Part shown: piece after piece, positions 24,592 through 36,400 of the stretch | Numbering within the stretch: position 1 is the first letter of the stretch | Layout of the letters: every line of letters begins with the position of its first letter | NCBI GenBank assembly: GCA_965112735.1 | Contig: OZ218964.1 | Span: forward strand, 1,550,001-1,614,000 | Direction of reading: 5' to 3' | DNA from: Phaeosaccion multiseriatum | Lineage: Eukaryota > Protista > Ochrophyta, other classes | DNA length: 64,000 nt | Made by a program: the position numbers and the translations under genes | Notes under the pieces: generated by a model | What the model was told of the DNA's origin: nothing | The model's input: only the letters and a program-made list of their open reading frames with translations | Databases searched by the model: none

Positions 24592-27500
24592 GACCACAAG
24601 AGATGCCGCCGAGTCAGAGTACGATGATGATCTCAGTCGGGCCACGACTCCAAGTGCGACGGGCCACTCAGAGCTTCTTGAGGAGACCACTGCGGCTCGA
24701 CAACTCGCCGCGGCCAATGCGAGTCGGCCCTTTGGTTTCTCGGATGAAGAGACACAAAGAGCACGTGCCTTTTCCTCCACGCTGTCCAGCAGTCTGCAGT
24801 CCACTCTCTCCCGCAGACTTGAAAGGCAGCAACTCCAGCAGGAGCACGAGCAGCAGGAGTCCACGACTTCAGGATCCAGTAGCTTCGCCAGCAGCACCGA
24901 CAGCTTCGCTAGTGATCCCCATCCTCAGGAACAATGCCAGCAGGAGCAGCAGCAGGAGCAGCAGCAGGAAGGTGTGCTCGAAGCAAAGGAGACACGAGAA
25001 GTGAGCATGAGCGCGTCAGGTGGTTGGGATCAGTCTCCTTGCCCTCCTTCATCTCCACCGCGGACAGGGAGGGTAGCTCCGAGCAAGGTAAAGGTGTATG
25101 CCTCGATGCAGACACCTTTGTCATTCAGAGGCCACTCTATTGAGCCTATTGCGGGGGAGAGGGGCGAGCGTTTCTCTGCTCGAGGTATGCCAGGGTTTGA
25201 GAAAGACTTGGCGGACATGGAAGCGGCGACGGCGCGAGACCATGTCAAACTTGCAGCATTGGGGTCGGTGCTCGAGATGGGAGTGAAGGCACATGCTGCT
25301 GCTGCTGCTGCTGCTGCCGCTGCCACCACCACCCCTGCGCCGGAAAGCGCGCCATCGGAAGAAGCGGTAGGTGCGACCATACGGCTGGAGGAGGATGAGG
25401 AGGAGGAGGAAGAGCAGCCGAGTGCTTCGCCGAGAAAGAAGAAGAAGAACAAGAGCAAGAACAAGAACAAGAACAGGAAGAAGAAGGCAAAGGCGGAGGC
25501 GGAGGCGAGGGAGATCTTGGCAGCAGAAGCAGAAGCAGCAGCAGCAGCAGGAGAGGAGGGGGTGTGCGCTGTGGACTACCGAGGAGGAGAGGAAGAAGGT
25601 GGGACTGAAGGAGGCTTTGACGACAAGGGGATTGAGTACGAAATGCCGGACGATGGAAAGCTTGTCGGCGTGCGGGGGGTGAGCAGAAGGTGTCCAGATG
25701 TGAGGGGCAGCATTGGCAGTGGTGGCGATTGGAGTGGTGGCGATTGGAGTGGTGGCAAGGCAATCAACAACGACCCCAGGACCAAGGCCGTGTTTGTAAC
25801 CAAGGATGCCCTCCGCCCGCCTCGACATACCCTATCGACAAGCTGGCCCTACCTCTTGCTCCGGATGGGAAAGGCGGACCGCCTGAGGGCATCTGTCCAC
25901 ATCACTGTTTCCAAGACCCGTGGCAAGGGGGCGGGACAACAGCAGCCGAAGCAGCAGCAGGAGAGCGGCAGCGAGGAGCCGTCTGATGTGCAAAATACAA
26001 CGGAAGTTATCCTGGATGGCAGTGTGTTGTTTCAGCGCCTCTACTTGCCAAGCGCCGGGGAGTACGTCCTTCGCGACAAACACGTGAAGGAACGACGCTG
26101 CACGGTAACGGTGGTGGACGATGACGCAGCAGGCACAACAGCAGCGATGGTCGAGGAGCGAGGTCGGCTTGGCGGGTCGGAGGAGGAGGAGAGGCAATTG
26201 GCAATACTGCAGCAGCAACTGTGTGACGAGGAGGAGGAGGAAGAAGCCGAAAAGCGCAAGAAGGCTCAGGCTGCTACGTCTGCTGCTACTGCTGCCGATA
26301 GGAAAGGCGGCACCCGTCAGCGAAAGAAGGAAGGGAGGCTCAGTTCTGGCGGCAAGGACAGCAAAGGCACTGCACTCGGCGAAGGGACGAAGACCAGGTC
26401 AGGCAAGCAGGGAGGAGGAGGAGGAGGAGGAGAAGGAGGAGCGATGGGAGGCATGAGCGAAGTGGGGAAGCAGGGTACGGCACCAATGCGAAGCATCCCT
26501 TCGAGCGACGACAAAGACGCTACTTCTTCTCGGGCAGGAGAGGCTACAGCAGACGTGATGGAGCAGGAAGGAGCTGCTGGGCAGGGAAGTGAGAAGGTGG
26601 TCGGAGCAGGTGTGGATTCGCCTCCAGTCCCCGTCCCGCCCACCCCGCCAACGGAGTCTGAGGGAGGCGGAGACGGAGCCGCAGTAGCCAACGCAGCACC
26701 GAAGCAATATCGAAGCAGCAGCAGCAGCAGCAGCAGTAGCAGCAGCAGCGGAGGGGGCGGGAGATGGGACGGAGGTGCCAGTAACCCGGTCTCTGTGGAG
26801 GAGAAGCTTCCCGTGGCGAAGGACGAGCAGCACGAATCCGCGGGGAAAGGCATCAAGAAGAAGAAGAAGAAGAAGAAGAAGAAGCAGCAGCTGAAGCAGC
26901 AGCAGTTGGTGAAACAGGAGGAGGAGGAGGAGGAGCAGCAGCAGCAGCAGCAGAAGAAGAAGGAAGCGAATCCTGCGGCTAGTGCTGGCGCTGTCGTATC
27001 TCCTGCTCCAGAGAGAGTGCGCGCTGCCCCAGCGGCGATGGGGCGTACGCACGGGCCTTTGGCGGCGAGGACGACGACAGCGACGGATAACACGAGAGAC
27101 AACAGTAGTGGCTCGACAGCCAGTAGCTCGGCAGCTAGTAGTTCGGTAGCTACCCCCAGCAGCGAGTGGGGAGAAGAGAACCCTGACGCGCTGAGGGCTT
27201 GGAGAAACCCTCAGTCGGCGACATTGGGCAGCACGAGTAGGACGGCCGACTCCTCCACTCTACCCTCTTTGCCTTCTCCTGCTCCCTCTCCTCCTCCACC
27301 ACCACCACCTCCTCCACCTACCTCTACTCGGCCTGCTCCTCCTCCTGGTCTTCCTTCTCCTCCTCCTCCACCATTACCAGCTCCTTCTACCTCTGCCTCC
27401 GTGGCGACCACTGGTGTTGCGGCTGCAGCTCTTTCTCCTCCACCCCCAACCCGCATTCCTTCACCCGCTTCGCCCCCCAAGGCTCTTTCGAGAGGCCGCG

Positions 27501-29272
27501 AGGGGGCGGGGGTACAAGGCAATGTGGTGAGGGGGGAGGAGGAGGAGAAGAAGAGCGGGCACGGAGAAGCAGCAGCAGCAGCAGCACCACCACCACCACC
27601 ACCACCACCACCATCTGCGGTATCGACCCCGGCAGAGGGCGCGCATTTACTTGCTTCACGAAGCGAAACGGACAGTCACAGAGAAGAGAAGAGGGAGAAG
27701 AACAAGAGGAAGAAGAAGGCGAAGAAGGAGAGATATGAGAGAGAGAGCAGGGAGACCACAGCAGGATCGGGTGCGCGAGATATCGGGGGCGCGGACGAGG
27801 CATTGTCCACTGCGGCACTGGCAAACACTACTGTATCACCAACTGCTCGAGCTCCTGCCCCTGCTCCTGCTCCTGCTGTCGCGGCATCAGCTCGCAGGGA
27901 ACCTGTAAGCAAAGCGAAGGACCAACCGATCCCGCTTGGTCGGGAGGAAGACAGGAGAGAAGAGGAGGTGCGGCAGCCGAAGGAGGCGCCGACCAATGAA
28001 GAAGCGCGCGCGAGAACGATGAAGACGAAGAAGAAGGAGCAGCAGACGACGGCAATGGACATCAGTGCAAAGCTTCGACTTCCCCCTCAGCTCACCAAGA
28101 TGCTATCGCCTGCTGCTGGTACGAAGGAGTGTGGTGGTGGAGTGGCGGAGAAGGGAGGTGGGTCTGTCCGATTCGGAGACTTTTCCCTCTCGGAGGATGG
28201 CTGCCTGACTACGGGAGAAGATGAAGGGCAGGAAGGAGAGGCGAAGGAGGGCAAGGAGAACAGCAGAGCAGAGGAGGAGAAGGTGGCTGTGGAGCGAGGG
28301 GTGCGCGCCGTGATTGAGCCAAGGCAACAGGAGGAGGAGGCGGAGAACGGGGAGGAGGTGAAGGAGGATGAGGAGGAGGGGGAGGTTACCGGTGTGGAAG
28401 CTGCGCAAGCCCAACAGAAACAAGAGGACCAAGGAGTCGTCGGGCTTGGGGAAGAGGTGGTGGTGGAAGGCGAGGGTGCCGCCACCGCGAAGGAGGAGAA
28501 GCGAGCGAAGCCTCAGCAGCAGCAACAATTGGTGACACAAGAGGACTCTGTGAGCGCCTCAGCTGGCCGTGAGCTGCTCGCTATGCTGCACAGTGGCGGG
28601 CAAGGCCCTGAGGGTAGCGCTCCGCCCGGTCTAACCGTGCCGAGGACCCGAGTGTCGAGAGATCAAGTGTTTGGATCGGATTCTCCAGCAGGATCAGCAG
28701 CAGCAGCAGCAGCAGGAGGAGCAGCAGCAGGAGCAGCTTCGTCGGCCCCAGTGGAGGAGGCGTCTGTGAGGGAGCAACCCACTGATGCTCGTGGTGCGCG
28801 GGGGGCTGATGCCACAGCTGCCGCCACAGCTGCCGCCACAGCTGCCACACCTGCTGCCCCCAGCGCTCTGCAAGCGGAGATGGAGAAGTTCCTGAGTAGT
28901 CGCTTCCAGGGCATGGAGAGGCTGGCAGTGGCGGGCTCTTGCGATGAGCTGCCCAATGGACGCAAGCTGCCGATCATGCGGTACGTGTGCGGGGTGGGGT
29001 TGGTGCCGTTTCTTAGCGCCCCACCACCAGCACAACAAGGCGGCGGCACCATGATGCGACGAGGTGGGCGTGTGGTTAGTAGTAGTATTAGTAGCAGTAG
29101 TAGTAGGAGTGGTACGAAGCGCGCCTACCAGAAGCAGCACAAGCAGCAGCACAAGCAGCAGCATCCGCAGAGGGGAAAGCAGCAGCATGGGCTGCAGCAG
29201 CCGCAGGGGCAGCAGCAGGGACAGCCTCAACAGCAGCAGCAGCAACGTCCCTACGGGGGCAGGGGCAAGTAG
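20158..29272 (+). CDS. Giant (~2990 aa) low-complexity protein with four cupredoxin/plastocyanin-like beta-sandwich domains
   Basis: ORFs 20158..23460 and 23504..29272 join in frame through a phase-0 intron 23410-23545 (GAG|gtgaga...gcgcag|GAG). Cupredoxin-like segments: IFIQDYAVDRSEVTVDAGTSVRWIN...FLKPGVFEYH...IRGTVYV; FEPQRVEVPRGTVVVF...LDKPGLVTVKC; FNPPTLHLRVGDWVRW...FTEEGEWSMAC; a weaker fourth LRPPRHTL...LPSAGEYVL. Confidence 0.8.
26903..26917 (+). repeat. Dispersed 15-bp element (1 mismatch, CAGTTGGTGAAACAG)
   Basis: Coding exon of the giant protein, read as Q-L-V-K-Q. Confidence 0.75.
27831..27845 (-). repeat. Dispersed 15-bp element (exact)
   Basis: Coding exon of the giant protein, antisense orientation, read as T-V-S-P-T-A. 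Confidence 0.9.
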
Positions 29273-31133
29273 CACCATGACAAGGACGAGTGACGGGCTA
29301 CGGGGGGGGGGGGGGATGAAAGGAATCTCCGATGGAGACGGGATTTACTATGTGAATACTGGTAGGGGGGAGACAGGTTGATTTGAGAGGAGGTTTGTGC
29401 ATGAGCAGGTAAGCGTCTTGAGTAGTAAGTGCGAGGCCGAAGGGAGGCACGTTTCATTTGCACTACATCTACACAGGCGAACCAATGCCCCGCTCATCAC
29501 CCCCCAAGAGACACAAGCGTACGCAAGCACAAGGGGGGAGGGGGGGGGGGGGGGGGGTATATATACGTGGGCAGCATCGACGGGGGCATTCTATTCATAT
29601 TCATTACAAGTTAGGTCCGTTTTTGAAGAGGGATGGGCGGGGGGGGGGGGGGTACGGCCACACAAGGGACACACAAGGACACATAGAAACAGAATTTGTA
29701 TAAAAGAAGAACTTTATTAACCAAAAAACAAAGGAACGAAATGCAAAACAGGGCGCCCGAGGCGAACCGAACCAGACCAGACCAGGGCTCTGAATGTGAT
29801 CCCGTGTGGGAGGTCTCTCCGAACCACGCACTGGTAAGGCAGCACCTCGAAACGAAACCTCACCACTTGCCACGCGTACTCGACACACCCGACAGGCAGG
29901 CACACTCTCTCTCTCTTCCTCGTTAGGTGGAAGGAAGACCTTCCTGCTTGTCGGTTTGGCCTCCGCTGCAGCTGCAGACTTACCATCTGCTTCCCCGACT
30001 ATCTGTGGCCCTGCGATGCTTCGATGCATGGCGACGACTTACTTCAGTTGGTTGTTCGCGCCACTGCGGGGTTGATGTGAACGTCCCCACCCGACCGCTT
30101 CAGCAACCACCGACCCCTCTCTCTCTCTCTCTCCCATCAATGAGCAGGCCTCCCACTCACAACGTCGCAGTAAAGGAAAGCTCCCGTCCGTCCGCCTTAG
30201 ACGCGAAGCTTGCCCGATCCACACATACATCAGACACACTAGGAGCGGGCACAGACAGCACAGCTGACCTGATGGCTTGGGGTGTGTGAGGCATATGCCA
30301 ATGAATGCGGCTGCGGCTCTCCCTGTGCTCCTTCCTGATTCTCAGAGGCACCCCCCTTCCCCATTCACCTTGAGACACCCACCCACCCAACCGGACCGGC
30401 GCCACGAACGATGAAAGCCGAGCCGAAACTCATCCTCTAACTTCCCGCCTGTGTAACCGCCACGTTCCTTCCTCCCTGCCCAAAGCGAAACTTGAGCTTG
30501 AGTATGCAAGAGCAGTGCCAACTCTACTACAGCCCGCAGCCAGCCTTCGTCGCGCCACCAACTAATGGGTTTGGTTGCTTCTGCGGCTCTGCTGCGTTGC
30601 TTGCGAATGGTCTTCTTCTTCGGCCGAGCCCAAGGCATTGTCTCAAACACACAGCCCCTCACAGCCCTGCTGCTTACCGCTTGCGTCCCTGCTCCCTCCC
30701 ACCCCCTCCCGCGCCTTTTACAATGTGACAGCCCTCGTCGCCCCATCGTCGTCCTTCATCGCCGTGAATACAGTAGCGGTACCTTGCTTCCTGGCCGTCC
30801 CATTTCCCACCTCCTTCTCTTCTGCCGTTCGCCGCTCATTAGCAACGAAGGGGTGGTAATCGACAGAACCACAAAAACACGTCACAGCGCCATAGGGCTC
30901 CTCGCTCGACTCGAGCTGAGGCACTTTGCTGTGAGGCTTTATTCCGTGGTCCAAGTCAGGTCAAAGAGGATTCGCAGCTGTAGCCCCCGTCCCGGCCCGC
31001 AAGAAGGAAGGAAAAAAGATGTCCCCCTCTGCAGCATCGTGTTGGTGCTGCGATGTCGCCCCCCCGCCGCCCCCCCCCCGCCCCGGGTAGACGAGGGCGA
31101 AGGAGGATGGATGTGATCAGTGATACAAAACGA

Positions 31134-32004
31134 TCACGACAAGAACCACCAGAGAACGAAGCAAATGCAGCCGGCGATGACGGATCCCACAATCATATTC
31201 TCTCGAAACTTTCGCCGCCGAATGGCGTCCACCACCCGGTTGATGCCCGGGAACTGCTGAGACATGTTTGACAGAGTGGAGTTGGACTCATGCATCAACG
31301 CACTCTGCGCTCGGAGCGATTCGCGCATCTCCAAGCCTTGGCCGAGCACCCCTGTGGCGCTTCGGATGGAGCTGTTGATGGCGGTACGCTCTCTCAACAG
31401 CTGCTCCGTCTCGGGCTCTCCCCCCCTCCCCAGCCCTGAGGTGGACCTGTAGTTGGTGGTTTTGGGGGGAGGAGGCGGCGGCGGAGGAGGAGAAGGAGGA
31501 GGAGGAGGAGGAGGAGGAGGAGGAGGAGGAGGAGGAGGAGGAGGAGGAGGAAGAGGGGGAGGAGAAGGAGAGAGGGAACACAACACAAGGTGTAGGTATG
31601 AACATGAGAACGAGTGGGAATGACCATAGACGAGGGGGGTAGGGAGAGGGGTACAGAAAGACACGTAGAAAGGCAGTGAACAGCAGGCCACAGAATCTGA
31701 CGAGAACCCCAGCAGTCAAGACGTGTTGTTCTCTCTCTCCCTCTTCTCTCTCTCTCCCTCTCCCCCCCCCCCTTCTCCCCACCCCATGCCGCCGGGGTTT
31801 ACACGCCAAGAACTCTGGCTCCTCACCTATTGCTGAACAGCTCCCTGCTCTCCTTCCTCCTCTGGATGGAGGCGGCTGTGTTTTTGAACTCCGTGGTGTA
31901 GTCGAACAAAATCTCACGGTACCGCTGCAGCAGCGCTGCATCTGCCGTGCGGGCGCCTTTGGAGACGCAAGTCCCCATGCGCCCGTTACAATCCGACAGC
32001 TGCG

Positions 32005-32046
<42 letters not shown>

Positions 32047-32709
32047 ACGTGTCATGTCATGCAGCCTAACAACCAACCCAAGCAAAAGGTACGAACAAAT
32101 CAACAGCATGCAGCACCAGCAGCAGCAGCAGCAGCAGCTTCCTCCAATACATCCGTGTATAGAGCAAGAGAAGCACATCGTTTGGCTCGCTACATCAGAG
32201 CTTGCTTGAGGACCAACTCATTGGGGCTGGGGGTGCGGAGTGCATGGCACAAACAACAGGTCTCTCAGAACCTCGTCTCCCTCTCATGCACGCTTTGGGG
32301 CTCACAAGCCTGCCACCGGCCCCCAGCCCTACCCACAGCCGCACCAAGCAGCTTTGAAAGAAGCTCACCATGCTAAGAAGCGAATCAATGTCCTGGGCCA
32401 GGGCATTCTGTGCGGCTGTGTCTGCCGGGCTCTCGCTGTCATAGAGGATGTCCGAGTTGGACGAATGGGCCAGATTCGAGTACGCTTGTACTTTCTCCTG
32501 TTGTATACACCACAAGGGAACGCGAACGGCAGCGAAGAGCAGCAGCAGCATGCAAGTCGTCAACACTAGTGCAAATGGATGGAGAGAGAACATTCCCCTT
32601 TTTTTTCGCTTTCCCCCCTTCCCCCCCATCCCCTCTTTCGTACCTCTAGTGAAGCCTCCAGTCTGCGTGCTTCCCTTCGCAAACTGTCCCACTCCGCTAA
32701 CATGCTCAT
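31134..32709 (-). CDS. GOS1: Golgi SNAP receptor complex member 1 (Qb-SNARE, GOS1/GOS28)
   Basis: Exons 32709-32644 (MSMLAEWDSLRREARRLEASLE), 32497-32369, 31999-31827 (LLQRYREILFDYTTEF) and 31446-31134 (LLRERTAINSS...FPGINRVVDAIRRRKFRENMIV plus a C-terminal TM helix). Confidence 0.9.
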
Positions 32710-32739
32710 CTTCTTTGCGCTCGCCTTTTCTCTTCCCCC

Positions 32740-32791
<52 letters not shown>

Positions 32792-33465
32792 GGCCGTGTC
32801 AGCTTCCTCCTCTTCCTCTTCCCTCTCCCTCGGCCTTAGCCCTTTCCTATTCTCTCCCCCTTTGCCACGCACCGCTAAATGCACGCTAAATGCACAACAG
32901 CAGACGTCGTAGAAGGAGAAGGAAGAAGGAATCTACGTAACTATCTCGCTTCCTAAGGGAATTGTTACGGTGAGAACCCTTCCTCCAATTTGTAACCCTC
33001 ACTGAGGAAGCTCGGCCGAGGGCGGTGGCGCACTGCCCTGCCCACCTGCGAAACACTCCCTCCTCGAGGTTGGGAACCCCTGACTCTAATTGACTAATTA
33101 TGTGATATTGAGAGAGGCGGCAAGCAACAACATGGGCAAAACGAGACTGAAAAGGAGGTTTACCTCTTGTGTATGCTTTCCAGTCATTGTTTTTCGTTCC
33201 TGACAAGACGCAACCAAGATAACAGGTACAAGGAACGTTGGTTCCCGTGCCCATATGACGACGAGTTAGAAGCTCTTTCCCTCCCCCTTCTCTTCCTCCT
33301 CTCCCGCTACTGATCGTCACCGAGCATGGCCAGCGTTGCACTGCAGTGGGCGGGGTTGTCATAGGTCGGAGTGTCTGGAGAAGGAGGTGGCACAAAAGGA
33401 ATGTATGCATGTATATATATATATTGTAAATTACAATCTATATATAGTCATCCCAAGTCCAGCGT

Positions 33466-36400
33466 TTAGTAGTACTGCACACCGTTGCCGTACCGCGACG
33501 AGGCCGAAAGGTCCTTGCCGGCCTTGACTACCGCTGCGGAGTTGTTCATGACAAATTGGTCCAGCGGGGCGTGGCGAGAGTGAAACTGCGGGGCCGCCAA
33601 ACCTGAGGATAGTGAGCAGAAGGAGGAGAGCACAGAAGTGGACAGGAGAAGAGAGGAGAGGACAGGAACAGGAGCGCCGCAGAGAGGGGCGGGAGAGACG
33701 AGAGAGAGACGCGAGGCATGAGAACAAGAGGACAAGAGGGGCAGCTATCTTGTCCAACACCATCAAAGGAACACACACACCACACAGTAGCTCTCGAGGG
33801 TCGGAGTATATCCCCTTTCCCTTGATCAAGACAGACAATCAAGGTAGAGCATCAAGATAGCTGGCATGGGCCACGGACGGTTGATGCCTCTCCTTGCTTG
33901 TTGGTGATCAAAACCACACAAGACCACACAAGACGGAACAAATGCACCAAGCCTCCAAGCACCAGCTGCTCACGTGTAGAAGCCGAAGAGGATTGCGAGG
34001 CAGCACAGTCCGTACGGCCCGAGTCTCTACCCCTGCTGCTCCTTGCCCTCGTCCGGGCACTGGCCTGATGCAAGCGAAGAAGCTCCACTTTCTTTGCCTC
34101 TACTTGCTGACGGAACAGATGGTTGAACTGCGGGATATGAATGGTAACGTGTGGGGGGGGGGGTGGGGGCGGAGTAAGAGGCAAGAAAGTTTAAAGAAGA
34201 GACAAGGAGAGGGGAGGGGAGGGAAGGGGAGGGGAAGGGAGAGAACGAACACCAGAATCCCCTCTTACTCCTTCTATCCCTCCACTTCCCGGCCAAATGA
34301 CCCACCGCGTGCCGGAGTGGGACGCACGCCCACACAGCTGGAAAACCATACACTGCCATCCCCATCCGCACCCCTTTCACTTATTTTTGTTGTTGTCCGT
34401 GGCGCCGTCTCACCCACCTTTTCTCGATACGTCTGCATGGTGGGCGCCTGCGCTCCTCCTTGTGTCCCGCTTCGATTGCTGCCGCTGCTGCTGGGCCTGC
34501 CACCCCTGCCGCCCCTGCCGCCCCTCCCGCCCGTACCCCCTTGCCTCTGCCCCTGCCCTGTCCGTTGCCATCGACCGTCCGCTTTCGGGGACTGCGCTCG
34601 AATTTGGTTTACCCCACCTCCACCTCCACCTCGACTATCTCCGTACGCTCTCCGCGTCCTTGCATCGGCGGTAGTGGGTCTCTTTCCCTTACCTCCTCCG
34701 CCTTCTCGCCCCCGCGTTCCTGCTGTATCACCGCCTGCCGCTTCTGCCGCCGCCTCTGCTCTTGCCGTGGCCTCTACTAGCGAACCCTCCTGATCAAACT
34801 CTTGTTCGACACACCGAGGGGGTCTCCCTTCGTCTGCTTTTCCTCCCACGGCTGCGGTGGGGGTCGATACATCGTCCACTGCTGCTCCTGCTCCTGGCCG
34901 CTGCCCCTGCTCCTGTATCACCAACTGCTGCTGCTGCTGCTGCTGTCGTCCTCCATGGTTGTCGCTGCCTCTGCCACTACCGCCTTGTCTGTCCTGCGTA
35001 CTGTCGGTTTCAACACCTTCGCCACGAACGGTCAAGACATGGCCGCCGCTGTGACAAGGAGGACCGGCACCGTTACCCTCCTTACTACTACTGTGGCGGC
35101 TGCTGCTCCTGCTGCCGCTTCCGCTGTTGTTGCTGCTGATGTTGTTGCTCGTGCTGTTGGTGCTCCGGAGCTGTCGAGCTTGTTGGTGGGTCTGCGGGCG
35201 GCCTCCTCGCGCCCCTGCCGTGTCTTGACTAACCCCCGGCGGGCGCTGCGGAGAGCGCCTCTGCTCAAGACGGGGGCACTCTTCTCCTCCTGTTGTGTCT
35301 GCTTCCCTTCCTCCTCCACCTCTCCGCCGCTCGCCATTGTTGATACCCTTCCCTCCTCCCTCTCCCTGTCCCTCCTCCTCCTCGTCCTCTTCCTGCCCCT
35401 GCCTCTCCTCCTCCTCCTGCTGCTGCTGCTGCTGCTGCAGCCTCTCCACGAACCGCTGTGCTTGTTCTCTCTGCATGTCAACAAGGCTTGGCATCTCCGC
35501 CTGTTGCACATTCCGTAGCTGCTCCAGCGCCTCGTCGCCGCTGCTCCCCCCCCCACTTCTTCCTCCTCCTCCTCCTCCTCCTCCTCCTCCTCCTCCTCCT
35601 CCTCCTCCTCCTCCTCCTCCTCCTCCAGCTTGTACTGCTGATGCTACTGGTCCCCCTCGAGCGGCGCTTAGGTCATGCGCTCTCGCCGCTCCCCCCTTAC
35701 CCATTGAGGCCTTGCGCATGAATCGTGCCTTCCACTCGTCGCTCATGACGGAGTTCTACCATCAATCACGCCACGGAATGAAGAAAATCGGTCACGCCAC
35801 GGAATGCAATACGAAGAGATGCGCGCGCGTCAGTAGGAAGAGAGGAGAAGAAGGGGGCGAGGGCAGAAGACAAGGCAGTCAGGCAGGCATTCAGTCCAGC
35901 AGGGGAACACGAATATGATGCAAAGTCGAATGAGACAACGCTACCAATGTTAGTGGCCTTTCAAATCAACGACTCGAATGCTAGCTAGTGGTATACTGTG
36001 CTCCTCTCCTCCGCGTCTCTTCTTCCTTTCCCTTCGACGGAAGACGGTTTTCGCTCCCTCCCTCCCTCCCTCCCTTCCGCCCTCTCTCCCTCCCTCATTC
36101 ATTCACTCACCCTCCTGTCCGTTTCGCCACCTCCCCCTCCCCATCCTCCGTCGTCCTCCTCCCCCCTGCTGCTGCCTGCCGTCGATGGCCTCCCTCCCAC
36201 AATATCGTATCCTACAGAGCCGCTCCTCTCCCGCTCGGCAGAGTGGCGCCTTGCGTTGAAGGACGCTTCGTAGTCAGGCACATTGTTGTTGTTATTGGCC
36301 CGCCGGTACTGCTGCTGCTGCTGCTGCTGCTGCTGTAACTGCTGTAACTGCTGCTGCTGTAACTGCTGCTGTATCACCAACTGCTGTCCCTCGTCGCCTC

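Noticed and set aside
34723-34737. TATCACCGCC resembles a phage lambda operator half-site
   Set aside because: It is a half-site only, has no phage context and lies in a eukaryotic exon. It is better explained as a variant of the dispersed 15-bp element.
34274-35746. 490-aa ORF as a separate gene
   Set aside because: It splices in phase to the upstream exon (36111 to 35755) and to downstream exons, so I treat it as the tail of the EF-hand gene. A separate gene cannot be excluded without RNA data.
33894-35918. Long plus-strand ORFs (299, 238 and 207 aa) opposite the EF-hand gene tail, and antisense ORFs within 20158-29272
   Set aside because: They are shadow ORFs of GC-rich, triplet-repeat coding sequence with no independent motifs.
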